Assembly: GCA_047495785.1 (NCBI GenBank)
Contig: JBLDXI010000030.1
Span: 1,178,001 to 1,242,000 of the forward strand
Direction: 5' to 3'
Length of the DNA: 64,000 nucleotides
Origin: Lepidodermella squamata
Taxonomy: Eukaryota > Animalia > Gastrotricha
Each line of letters starts with the position of its first letter. Positions within the stretch are counted from its first letter, which is position 1. This document shows, in pieces, positions 10,522 through 22,367 of this stretch. Made by a program: the position numbers and the translations under genes. The notes beneath the pieces were generated by a model. The model did no database searches. It had not been told where the DNA came from and saw only the letters and a list, made by a program, of their open reading frames with translations.

Positions 10522-13500
10522 ATGCAACTTATCGTGTTATTATTGATTTTTTGCTTAATTACATTCCATTGTGATAAGGTAGATACTTGATCTCGGTTCA
10601 AATAATTAAAATTAGCCTTATCTTGAAGTAGCAAAAATTGATTTACGCGTGTTCTCCATCTCCAACATATGTTACCCTATGTTACCTCTTTTCATCGAGA
10701 ACTGCTGAGCTATAAACTGCAAATGAAACTTTCAGAATTGATATTGATACTTACATTTCAGCTGCGAACTTCGTCGATCGTTACTGCTGGCAGATCGATA
10801 GCGCAAGTCTTAGCTGGAAGCGATTACACGGAAGTCGGGTCGAATTTTAATGTTGACGATACAGACTTGCTGCCAGAGCTTGCATCAGGCAGGATAGGAA
10901 CAGTGATCTATAACGTTTGTCAAACAGTATTGATTGATAAATTATTGCAGTCTCAAAGTTGTTCTAGGAATCGATTTACTTGTCATCGCTTTTTTACAAC
11001 GATTCTGGTTACATCAGAAGACTGCCCGTTCCTAACTATGCTGTGTTCAAAGTTGAATCGATCGAAATTGATAATGAATTTGTGAATATTACTGACAGAA
11101 AGTATCGTTTCTACCTAACAATCGGAATTTGGCAAGAGTTGATCACGACCCAGCGAGGTATTAACATCAGCTCATATCACGGCTGCAGCTTCAGGTACAA
11201 GCGAACCTATTTCCATTCTGTTTCGATATCAGCCGGCAACAATTCAATCGGCTCGATCATTCGATTTCATCGGGATAAAGAATACGACGAGCTTCTAAGT
11301 GATGAAGTCCTCCGAGATCGATATCAACAACTCTTTATTGACAAAGAAATCCAGGTGGCCGGCTACAATGCATCGTAAGGAAGTTGAGCCTTGCAATAGG
11401 TTCTTAACGGCTGTAAATATTCTTACTAGATACGTGTACTTGGCGGTGCGGAATCCACTCTTCGGCTACACTCAAGCCATATCGATATATGTCAATAGCA
11501 CATTTGCTCTAACTGGCAAATCTTATTTCGACATTGAGATTACGGCTAGAGTTACGGAAACCTTTGTGGCCATTCAGACCATCGATGTCGATTCAGATGC
11601 AGCTAAGACTGAGTTCACTGAACTGATGAATCCGGTTTTGCAAGCTAATTTGCTGATGATACTTCAAGTTGTCGACTGGGATGACAGGATTATAACTGGC
11701 TACGTCAGAGTGCAAGGTTGGTATAATTTTTAGGGCCAAGCTATTCGCACATAACTATGTACGCGAAAATTGCTTTTCGTACATAGTTTTGCGCGATTTT
11801 TCAGAGTTATTCAAATGGGTGTGGAAATTCGAGATTTGACGATGATACCATGGAATTTCACAGGGAGATGCAGCAAAGTGAGGCCCATCTAGTGCTCAAA
11901 TTTCGTCAGATTATCTTCCAAAGTATTCACGCTAGGGTCGTGAAAAACAATTCAAATAATGCCATTTTGCGAATCTACCTTAGGGGGTCCAATGGTGATT
12001 TTTTGAGGGGAGATAAGCCTGATGGTCAGCTATCAGCACGCAAAAAATTAGATTGATGGGATGAAAATTGAGCAAGTCGTTTATCTTAGAAAAAAGCATA
12101 TCGAAACTATGTACGAATAGCAATTTTCGCGTACATACTATGTACGAATAGACATTCCGTAATTTTTATACGTTCTTTTCCAAACAAATAAATCTTGCTT
12201 TGAACCTTTGATATACCAGGTCCACGCGAAGACGTAATCAACCGAGCCATTCGATCAGCCTACTATCAAGTCTTCAGCCAAATCGATATAAACTTCGTCG
12301 AATCTAAACCTGACTCTACGGGACTATATGACTCATTCCACGGAGCTTCCGCGTGCGGCCTTGGCCGCGGATCTTCGCGGCGTCAATTCGGTGGCCGCCA
12401 AACTGTGAAACAGGAAATATTTCTATTCCAACCTGTTGCGTGGCTGAGGCCTGACTTGGCCGAGCAACTCATGCTGCTCCGCCCTACAACCTTTAACGAA
12501 CAAAATTTGAACCCCTATGAAATAGTGAACAGAGTTGGAGTTTCATCAACATGGTGTCCTCATTGCTCGCAGCAAGGCATCTACAGTGAAGGGTTCTTCA
12601 GTTTTGCCTCTCGCATGTTATACTTCATTAAACGGGGGAAAATGAGCGCCGATGATTTGTGGTCAGCAAATAGGGACTTAAACGAACATCTGGCGGAAGA
12701 GATATCAAAGGATAACGGCAACAATGGGTACATCTCGATCTACGGCGTAACCGGGCCCGATGAACTCCACCATAATCAGTCTGACCATTTGCTAACCAAT
12801 ATTCTCGGACAACTAGGGGTTCACTTTACCCAGTACTTGGCGTGTATTAATAGAGGTGAGATCGATGAGGTCCTGCTGGAAAAATCGATGCGCCTAAAAT
12901 TTCCTTACGACAATGTGACGAAGATCCACTATCAGTTCGATGGGTTCGATTTGAATGATGCGATTTCGCAGGCCGATGTCCTCTTGGCTCATTTTCCAGT
13001 TGGATACAATTTTTCTGGGAAATTTCTTGAACAGGCTCCTCCAGATCTCTTGAGAAACGATATTGACGTAGGTTGCCATCTGATTCAAGGCAAGATATAA
13101 TCGAATATTTTCAGAATTATCATCGCCTCTTCGGCAGAACATTCAGAGCTGGGGTCAAGCAAGTGGAAATTCCTGGCACCTCTTTGGCTGTCAAAGCTAT
13201 ACTTGAGATGCAACTTGCTACGAAAGTTTCAATGGCAGCTGGTCGGAAAGACTTTGAAGATCTGCTAGAAAATTACCATTCTGAGCCATTTTTCATCTGG
13301 AGGAACGTCACTGATGAGGAAAATGCTGCAATTGGCCACACATATACTGCAGCTGCTTTCCTGAATGTCCTCATGTTCGGATTTGCAGGACTGAGAATAA
13401 GACACAATCGGGTCGATATTCTTCAGCCATCGCTACCAGATGGTATCGAGAACCTAGCGCTGTTGGATATCGAACTTTTGGGCTATAATGTCGACTATCA

Positions 13501-13979
13501 TATAAATCGAACTCATATCACCATTCCGTATCTGAACGCGAATTTTAGAAAAATCACGAGCCTATACAGTCGAATTGGGAACCGGTATATCGATCTCGCA
13601 TCCGATAAGATAGAGCTTGAAATTCCTACGGTTGCCGAGACGTCAGACACGACAGCGGCAATCTACTCGTTCACAGCTAGCGATAGCTCCCTATGTCCGC
13701 TGGATGATAGGAACTACAACAGCCACAATCCTTACTACACTCTAGTAGACATTGCTGATGAAAACGAATCGCCAGAAGGCAAGAATATTGAGGCCTAATT
13801 CCCCTTGTTTGATCAAATTGTCAATTTTTACAGATGATAACTTGGTTGTAATTTTATTGTCAACTTTCAGTGCTTTAGTCGTTGTTATAGTAGCGGTTCT
13901 CCTGATCTTGTACATTCGGTCCCGCAAGAATGCTGCAAAAATATCAAACACGTCTCAAGCCAATGGGGATGGAAACTAA
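10522..13979 (+). CDS. Type I membrane protein with a GH65 (PGGHG/ATHL1-like) ectodomain; intact 5' part of a GH65-TM-tyrosine kinase gene (853 aa as modelled)
   Basis: Exons 10522-10578, 10762-10914, 10968-11374, 11430-11716, 12220-13067, 13115-13778, 13834-13979 join in frame (GT-AG, one GC-AG). Signal peptide MQLIVLLLIFCLITF; GH65 motifs RAIRSAYY, HGASACGL, GVTGPDELH, QFDGF..SQADVLL..FP, EPFFIW, FLNVLMFGFAGLRI; TM LVVILLSTFSALVVVIVAVLLILYI then RSRK. Confidence 0.8.
11733..12159. mobile_element. Intronic MITE with 9-bp TSD (Mutator-like)
   Basis: ~55-bp inverted repeats (ctattcgcacataactatgtacgcgaaaattgc / gcaattttcgcgtacatactatgtacgaatag); taattttta duplicated at 11724-11732 and 12160-12168. 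Confidence 0.75.
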
Positions 13980-14380
13980 ACAAACTAGGCTTGAAGTTCG
14001 CCGCCTCCAACATGATATGATTCTGATGCATAAAATGTTTTAGAGATTAGTTGACATTTGTTTCTCTGAGATATTTGAAATCTACCGGAATCCTCGCCTC
14101 TCTGTGAAGATGAGCGCGTGTAGAAATTACCTAAGTTATAAATTCTGCTTCTCTAGGCGTATTCGTGCTGCGTGGAACTGTCTGTCTTCTGTTGTCGTAA
14201 ATAATTATCATCAAGTTTTCTGCAACTATATTAAACATAATTCTGCTCTAATTGATAAACATGTAACATGCGGTGAGGCGCCTCGAAATCACATACTGCT
14301 GATCATTGAAATTTACCATTTGCTAACTGTTCATAACAATTTGCAATAAAATTGAGTAATGAGTAAAGAGAGTAATTAGT
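13979..14380 (+). mobile_element. 5'-truncated CR1/L2-type LINE fragment inserted in the juxtamembrane exon
   Basis: Reads RLEVRRLQHDMILMHKMF and FCFSRRIRAAWNCLSSVVV (CR1 ORF2 C-terminal pattern); AATAAA at 14345-14350; (gagtaa)-type tandem tail; aacta at 13974-13978 and 14381-14385. Confidence 0.8.
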
Positions 14381-15426
14381 AACTACGTTGTGCCTTTTGC
14401 CGATTTTACCAAACTAATCGAAGGAATCGAAGGCGCTCAAGATCTCGTCATTCTCATCGAACGAATCAACGTTTACAATGACTGGCTTGAGATCAAAGGG
14501 ATCCTTGGAGCAGGACATTTTGGCACTGTCCAACACGCCCTACTTCGAATGCCTGATATGGACGAGCAAGAAGTAGCCGTGAAAAGCATCCGCCCTGACC
14601 TGAAGGCAGACGTTGGACTAATCAAAGAAGCCTATGTTATGAAACATTTCAACCACCCTAATGTCTTACCCCTCATTGGAATCGCGATCCTAAACGAGCA
14701 GCCGAATATTATCGTCCCATTCATGCCTAATGGGACGTTGAAAGAGTTTTCGAAACCAAGACTGCTCGACGAGGTGAGTTTCGGCGACAGACTTCGTTTC
14801 TCCACCCAGATATGCGCCGGGATGGTCTATTTACATGACAAGAATTGCATGCATCGAGACCTGGCTTGTTGAAATGTTTTGTTGGACCAAGATTTCACGG
14901 CAAAGATATCTGATTTCGGAATGTCCCGAGTTCTCGAGGATGATGATGACTACTACCGAACAGCGAATGAAAGCGACTATGCCGTCCCAGTTCGTTGGCA
15001 TCCACCTGAATCGCTGATTAGACACGTTTTTACGTGCTAAACAGTGATGTTTGGTCGTTCGGAGTAATCATGTGGGGAATATTCACAAGTAATTATCCTG
15101 TTTTCAGTTTTGATCCTGGTTTTAAAGAGAATTTCTCCCGCAGATTGTGAACACGAACCGTACGAGGAACTTCAAGCTATGGAAGTCATTGTTCACATCT
15201 CACATCAGCCATGGTTATCGTTTATCTAAACCTGCTGCCTGCCCTGATAAATTGTAAGTTACTTTGCATTCTTTAAGGGACAACTTTATTTCGAGATGGT
15301 TTTTTTAGATATGACGATATCATTTCAAAATGCTGGCAGCAAAGCTACGACGAAAGACCCTCGTTTGAGGAGCTTAAAGAAATCCTAGATGAAATGTACA
15401 GTATCGAATTTATTCAAGTATTGTGA
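14381..15426 (+). pseudogene. Disrupted receptor tyrosine kinase domain (MET/RON-like), 3' part of the GH65 gene
   Basis: LGAGHFGTV, VAVKS, HPNVLPLIG, HRDLAC*N, KISDFGMSR, PVRWHPPES, SDVWSFGV, CWQQSYDERPSF; introns 15089-15143 and 15254-15308; nonsense at 14870-14872, frameshift near 15035, 7-bp duplication (tcacatc x2) near 15192-15205. Confidence 0.9.
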
Positions 15427-15543
15427 ACTGCGTGATTTAGTCTTCGAATCAATTGCCCATTGTCAAGTCAGCACTTCGAGAAGCTTAAAGCATTCAATGA
15501 ACTAGCTAAGGGTATTTCCCAAAATAAAGGATACTGACTGTTG

Positions 15544-16100
15544 CAGTGCTCTCTCGATAATGGCACTGGGTCGGGAGCCAGACCCGGTTTTAAAACAAGG
15601 GAAAATTCACAAGCCCTATTGATTTCTTTTTCATTTACTTCTCTTTACTGCAAAGTTGTTTAGTGATCAGTAATATTGATTCTTTATTTTGCCGTACAAT
15701 TCTCATCTTCTCAGGCGTGGTTTGTTTACCAGTCGACTGGCCTAGCAAGATCAGAGCAAGTTAAAAAATCGAGCAGAATCTACCGCCCGGGATGTTGTCA
15801 TTTTCGAAGTCAAAATCAAAATTAAAAAACGTTATGAAAAAATCGGGAAAATTGCCAGGGCCAGGGCATTGAGCAAGTATATCTTAAAGTAGCGGCAGCC
15901 AGTTTCATGGTAGATCAAGCCTTCAACTATCGAAATTCGGCCAATAACTTGGTCTAATGAAATCGGTCTGATGATGAATATGAGCGAATAATAATAAATT
16001 TATGATATATCAACCTATATATTATAACATTGAAGGAGATCTGAAAACAAGGACCTGATTCTTAGTGATTTCGATACAGCTGGGAAATGAATTAGAAAGA
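15544..16100 (+). mobile_element. Partial, older copy of the 16483-18324 element
   Basis: Same left end (cagtgctctctcgataa..cactgggtcgggagccagacccgg); internal blocks match 17240-17540. Confidence 0.7.
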
Positions 16101-16482
16101 ATCGAGAGAAGCCATCAATATCGTGGCCTGACACTACGGCGCCGACATAAGTGCGGGGACATCAGGGCGCCAGACACGAGGGCGTAGGTTAAAAGAGCGC
16201 TGGGCAGAAGCACGGCCGGACAAAAGAGCGCCTGAATTAACATGAAAAATGTGATTTAGGAATGGGAACACTATTTGACCCAAGAAAATGGTGGCTACGA
16301 GCATTGCATACTTTTTTATTTGCTAAATATTTTGCATATTTTTTTATTGAGCAAGTATTTCGTTCATTTATGAGATTTCCTAGCACAAGTTTGAGCCGGG
16401 TCGCTGTGGCCAAATCAAATGCGGAGAATCCAGATGCCAATGCATTTTAAATCCTTCTTTCAATAATGCTTAAAACGTGGTA

Positions 16483-18324
16483 CAGTGCTCCCTCGATAAA
16501 AGCACTGGGTCGGGAGCCAGACCCGGTCTTTAAACAAGGGAAAGCTATAACGAGGGCTGTAATTGCATGCAGACGCTAAAAATAGACCGTTTCTACGTCT
16601 TAAGACAGTTGCCATGCCAACGCGCAGAAAGAGACGGACACGGATTACTTGTCATTACAAATTTCGCTCGCTGAAGACGCTATGAATCATGAGTTCGTCG
16701 CGAAGTTTTTTCTTAGTTGCCAGGGCGGCTTTGATTTGACTGGTTAGCCTTGTTTTTTTTACTCTGATTTCAAGTCCTGCCTGGGGTTAACAAACTCGAA
16801 TGAAAACAAAACCTGGAATCTCATTATTTCAATTTACTTCAAAAATGCCCAGCTCGTCCGATTTCGCAAAAAAAATCATTTGAAATAACAGCTTAAAACA
16901 TCAATCACCTTGGTCAAGATTGACCGGAATACTTCTGAATAAATCACCAGCAAATTTAGCCTAACATTTTCAAGAAAATGCAGTGTTCAATTCAGAACTC
17001 ATGCTTTGCCTAAAATTCGTGGAATTATTGAAATAATTAGAAATAATTAATATGAAATTTGAAACAATTAAGATAAAATATGTATTTTCGATAATTTTTT
17101 CGCGGTTAACCTGACTTTTTCTTTTTAAATTCCTCGAATCAATGGCATTGAGCAATCACGGACCAATTTCAAGGCATAAGACGTGTGGTTCCGTCAAGAG
17201 GGTACGATTCGATAGGTGTTTTGATTGAATGGAATAAATTTGTATCTTCTCAGGTGTGATCTGATTTTCATTCGACTGGCCTATTAAGATCAGAGTAAGG
17301 TAAAAAATCGGGCAGAAGCTCCCGCCGCCCCTGCTCGGGATGTTGCGATTTTCAAAGTCAAAATCGAATGATTAACAGTTGTGAAAAAAACCCGGAAAAT
17401 TGCAATTCCAATGACTCAGGACAACTCGAACGATGACATCGGTTTATTATAAGAATAAATCTATGTATCTAAATTCAATTAAATCTGAAAACAAGGACTT
17501 GATTCTTCGCTTGATTACGCAACACAGCTGGGAAATAATTTTGAAAAAACTGGAAAAAAATTCATCACTTTAGTGTGGAAGATTCAATAATTTTCGACCA
17601 GAAAAACCTGGATTTTACTAGTCGTTTCCCACGGCTCACGGTTTATTCCAGCGGGGTTCTTCCAAAAATGGAGAAATAACTACCGAATCGTTAACAAATA
17701 CCACGAAGTTTCATTTTTCCTGACAAAAGTCACGATTTCTAATCCTAATTCGATCATGTTGGTAAATTTAAAAAGCTTTTGTGGCCGGGAAAACTGCTAA
17801 ATCATGACAAATCAGGGCAATTCAGTGGGTGTTCAATTAATCAGCTATTGATCTCAGAAAAATCTTCAAATCAAGAAGATTGAAGATAGACGGGCATTTT
17901 TATAGTTGTTTAAACGAATTACTAATTGTTTTCTGATGAACTGGCTGATGAATTTCTAATGGAGCTTCAACTCAAAAAGCGGGACGACTCGCAGCACGAC
18001 TTGAGTGGCAGCTAATCCACACATTCTGTTGCGTAATCACAGTCATTTCAAAGCCACAAGAACAGCTTAATGCACTGATGATCTTTCAACTCGTTTGAAC
18101 TAAACTTGAAATAACTGGATCTCTCAAAACCACGACAACGCGCCGCTAGGTTTCTAGGAACGCTTTATTATTTTGAATTTTCACGCTTAATTCATTTAAT
18201 CTATCAAATAATTATTTTTTGTTTAATTAAAAATTTACAACTAATTTATTTGGCAGGGTCCAAAATTACGGTCTACAAACGAGGGAGTTCTTTTAAGGAG
18301 GGTGCCACTAACGAGGGAGCACTG
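16483..18324. mobile_element. Non-autonomous Tc1/mariner-type DNA transposon, TA TSD
   Basis: ta|cagtgctccctcgata...taacgagggagcactg|ta; no intact transposase ORF. Confidence 0.75.
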
Positions 18325-18598
18325 TACTGTGTATTATATTATATTAGTGTTTAGTGTCACACTCGAAGTAGTCAAACATTGGCTCCCACGTGCGAAATGA
18401 ATCATTTCATTTTATTTTGATTGGTGAACTAGCCACTTAGAAAAGGAATGGACAATAATTAATCTGGAATGCTTCAATCATACTTACATCTTACAAGCCA
18501 CTCAACTCTAAGAATACAAATGTTTTTATATACGTTAGTTGATTACACAGATTGTGTTAGTGTTGCATAGGTATAGCATAGGATTCATCGAAAACAGT

Positions 18599-19783
18599 TC
18601 AGGACAGCATTAGGGAAAAGAGAACTGTATCAACAATAAGCACAACCAGGCATGAAACAATAGCAACGGTTATATCCAAAAAACGGAGTATTGGCATGGT
18701 CGAAGATTTGTGTATCCCAACCAGACAGTTTTGCAACATGAAAACACAAGATCTAACTCCCTCAGGGATACTATGGCTCACGCAAGTGTAGGCCGTTATT
18801 ATCACAGCAACGATCAATTTAGCTGCGATCATGTACACAAGGTAGACATGGTCTGAAGTCTTTGGCATCATGCCAAAAATCAACGTGAGAAACACCACAT
18901 AGGAAAGAACAACTGTCACGCAAAACGATGATTGGTCCCTGTTTACAGGCTCAGCGATCAACGAAACGACTTGAAGAATGAAAAGTATGATGGTTGGGAC
19001 GAAAATGTTACAGACGTAGTAGCCACTTTTGCGTCGAAGTTGAATCGTAAAGTTCACGCGGGAGTACTCGGTTATGTCTGCGCCCTCGAATGTAGAATTA
19101 CTGAACAGCTCGACCAGTGACCATATGTCAGAATCGCCGATGAAAGTGTTATCAGCGGTTTCGTCGATGCCGAAGTGACCAAGGCTGAAGACAACGTCTC
19201 TGAGAGGATCGCCTGATTCGAATACAAGCGAGCAAGCTTGCGTATCGAAGGGGAATTTGCGATAGCTGAATGCTGTGCAAGAAACATCAAATCGGTCGAA
19301 TATATAGTACCTCACAGCATTCGACAAGGAAAGCGGATAGACCCAGACCAGGTCAGTAAATTTGTGACCAATAACAGGAGATCCGTAAGCTGTCAAATGA
19401 TAGATTATTGGAGTCCAAATTTCTAACGATGTTACCGGGTAGTTGAGCTTGGTAGGGCTGAGAGTATTGCATTCTGTTTCGGATAGTAAATCTGTACATT
19501 TTGGTGTCTCACATGGCAGGTCCCACTGCGCTGACAGATAAGCTACGAGAGACAGTTTTTGCTCCACGTCGTCGATGTCCACAAACCGGAACAGATTCAT
19601 GGAGATACTTACGATTACCGGACTGGTGTTGTTTGAAAATACCAATTGATCCATCGGTAGGCTTTTCGACAGAATTGCATCACAATATTCAGCGAATTTT
19701 GCCTGTAACTTGACAGAAGTTGTCATGGCAGCTGCCGTTGAAGCCAGCTCAACCACCACCAGCAAAATTAGATGGGATCTCAT
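18599..19783 (-). CDS. Intronless Cys-loop channel subunit, subtype B
   Basis: Close paralogue of 6283-7458 (shared SNSTFEGADITEYSRVNFTI); complete ORF. Confidence 0.92.
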   Translation of the reverse strand: MRSHLILLVVVELASTAAAMTTSVKLQAKFAEYCDAILSKSLPMDQLVFSNNTSPVIVSISMNLFRFVDIDDVEQKLSLVAYLSAQWDLPCETPKCTDLLSETECNTLSPTKLNYPVTSLEIWTPIIYHLTAYGSPVIGHKFTDLVWVYPLSLSNAVRYYIFDRFDVSCTAFSYRKFPFDTQACSLVFESGDPLRDVVFSLGHFGIDETADNTFIGDSDIWSLVELFSNSTFEGADITEYSRVNFTIQLRRKSGYYVCNIFVPTIILFILQVVSLIAEPVNRDQSSFCVTVVLSYVVFLTLIFGMMPKTSDHVYLVYMIAAKLIVAVIITAYTCVSHSIPEGVRSCVFMLQNCLVGIHKSSTMPILRFLDITVAIVSCLVVLIVDTVLFSLMLS

Positions 19784-20647
19784 GATTATTTGACGATATT
19801 AGCATGCGATTTACATGGGCGTGCAAATCCGAAATAATTATCTTGCTAGAAGTTGTATGCAAATACATTAAGCTCATCGACCTTGGCCCAATACACATTT
19901 CCTGTGAAGCATTTGTTTGAACAGGGATCATATTGGCATTGATTAGTATTATTTAAAAACGAGTAAACCTTGTTCACAATGGTCTTCATGGTGATGTTGT
20001 GGAAAATACTGGTTTATTGAAACAAGGCTTCGATCTAGGATCCAGTAACTTCTACGGATAAAATTGTTTGCTCTACAAATGGTTGCTCTACTAATGCACG
20101 CTTTGTCTTTTCAGTTATTATCTTTACAATGCATTGAGGACATGACGCTATCAGCAGAAAATGCTGAGAAGTTCATAATACCACCATTAGGGTCCATTGG
20201 ATTCTGCGTATAAATATGAATTATTTCGAAGACAAATAACAAATTCAGGGTTAGAAATTTTATTAATCAAAGTTTCACCAGTTTTTGATTAATGCGTTTG
20301 TCGCAATTGAAATACGCCAAAAGTAAATTTTGAAAAATTACTAGTTATGTAGCAATATAAATATCTCAAGAAATTTCAGGTAAACTATAAACGATGCTGT
20401 CACGGGGTTTACAAAATTATGACATGTCAAACAATTGAGTCATCGGCCTTTACTGAGGGCTCGTTTTTCAAATGTGCTGAACTGCGAGCTCCCTTCTCTT
20501 GCGTTAAATAGCTTTAAAATTCGCTTTTGCTAATTTCACGAATTTTAATGCGAAAATGAATAATCTTTTTATAGTGTCATAATGTCAAGGAGTGAGGCTT
20601 GAGGGTAGCAGCAATTTATCTGATGGTAACAATTTTTTCTTTCGAAG

Positions 20648-21817
20648 TCATTCCAACATCAACGAGAACAGTATTGCGTCAATCAGGATGACGACGAGGC
20701 TGCCACTTGCGGCGATTGCGACGTCCAAATATCGAAGCATCGAAATTTTCAAAGACTTATTCAGCTGAATTACGCGCGTTTTCAGCTGCTCAGAATAAGC
20801 TGGAATCAAGCAGGTATATGCTGTTATTAGCACCGCCACTATGAACTTGGTCGCGACCATGTAGACAAGGTAGACGTGATCTGACGTTTTTGGCATCATG
20901 CCAAAAATCATCGTCAAATATACAACATAGGACAGAACAACAGTCACGCAAAATGCCGATTGGTCCCTGTTCACAGGCTCAGCAATCAAAGAAATAACTT
21001 GGAGAAAGAAAAGCATAGAGGTTGGGACAAAGATGTTGCAGACGTAGTAGCCACTTTTGCGGCGAAATCGGATCGTCATTGTCAAATAGCTGACGTGATA
21101 GGCGCCATCTAACTGATTAGAAATAGAGGTATTGAACTTAAGTGGCTCGACAACTGTCCAAATATCAGAATCAACGATGAAGGTATCACGGGCTGATGAG
21201 TCTATGTTGAATGATTCAATCTGATAAGCCACGTCTTTGTAGTACTCGAAGGACTCGAATACTATGGAACATGACTGAGTGTCGAATGGGAATTTTCGGT
21301 AGCTGAATGTCGTGCAGGATATATCAAATACTTCGTAGACGTCGAATATTACTAAATTCGAATGAAATGGGTAAACCCAAACTTGGTCACTGATTCTCCT
21401 GGTAAGAACAGGCGATTCGTAAGCTGTCATATGGGCAATTCCTGGTAACCAAATTTCCGTCGCAGGAACAAAGAAATACAGGTTATCCTTTCGCGGTATG
21501 TTGCATTCCGCATCCGATAGTAGATCCGTACATTTCGGAGTTGGGCATGGCAGCCTCCAGAGCATATATAGATGTGCGAGAAGCGATAGTTTTTGCTCTA
21601 CATCATTGATGCCTACAAATCGGATGAGAGACATGGTGAGATTCACGGTAACTGGACTGCTGTTATTCGAATATATTGCTTGGTCGGTTTGTAGGCACTT
21701 TGACCGCAAGGCTGGGCAGAACTCAGCATATTTCGCCTCTAAATTTTCTGCGTAAGATAAAGATGCGGCAAGCGGTTCAATTTGCATGAATATCAAGGCG
21801 AATATTAGCCGAGTCAT
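20648..21817 (-). CDS. Intronless Cys-loop channel subunit, subtype A
   Basis: EFCPALRSKCL N-terminus, CTTFSYRKFPFDTQSC, four TM helices; complete ORF. Confidence 0.92.
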   Translation of the reverse strand: MTRLIFALIFMQIEPLAASLSYAENLEAKYAEFCPALRSKCLQTDQAIYSNNSSPVTVNLTMSLIRFVGINDVEQKLSLLAHLYMLWRLPCPTPKCTDLLSDAECNIPRKDNLYFFVPATEIWLPGIAHMTAYESPVLTRRISDQVWVYPFHSNLVIFDVYEVFDISCTTFSYRKFPFDTQSCSIVFESFEYYKDVAYQIESFNIDSSARDTFIVDSDIWTVVEPLKFNTSISNQLDGAYHVSYLTMTIRFRRKSGYYVCNIFVPTSMLFFLQVISLIAEPVNRDQSAFCVTVVLSYVVYLTMIFGMMPKTSDHVYLVYMVATKFIVAVLITAYTCLIPAYSEQLKTRVIQLNKSLKISMLRYLDVAIAASGSLVVILIDAILFSLMLE

Positions 21818-22367
21818 CTTGCTGAGCTTTTAGTTTGTGACCCCTGAAATAATTTTACGAGCGATTTCGGGCAAATTTCTGAAAAATTCAAGTTGGGAGA
21901 CCTCCGCTAGGTAAATTTCCTGTTAAACATCGTTATTTGGCTTTATCGGTTTATTATGTTTTTTCTAAACCAATTAGAGAACCTGGACAAATAGCGCAAG
22001 ATCGATTAATTTCACGGCAGCTTGGCAATTAAACAAACAGTTAATAGTTTTCATTCACGTTGGGGCAATGCAAATATACTGAGCAGCGGCCCATGTGCCA
22101 TGAATTGTGTTTTCAAAATAGGGCACGGTGAATGCACCCGAACCTCTGGACAAAACGATCGTATCATTTTGAACAGGATTGCTGCCAGCAATGTTGACAA
22201 TATTGGTTTGTTTTATTTTTTATTCCATTCAATTACAAAGCCGTCTTGCAAATGTCCACGGAGATATAAAAATGTCCGGTAAACGTAAACGCGTGAACGA
22301 TGAAGATAAGCCACGCTAATTTCGAGAAGATTTCGAAAATTTGGAGTTTGAAGAGATTCAAAGAAAT

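Noticed and set aside
14870-14872. Selenocysteine or readthrough TGA in the kinase
   Set aside because: It replaces the conserved Arg of HRDLAxRN (CGA>TGA), and two frameshifts follow
16130-16235. Degenerate ~15-bp GC-rich repeats as a CRISPR-like array
   Set aside because: Eukaryotic context, no constant repeat-spacer structure; typical transposon subterminal repeats
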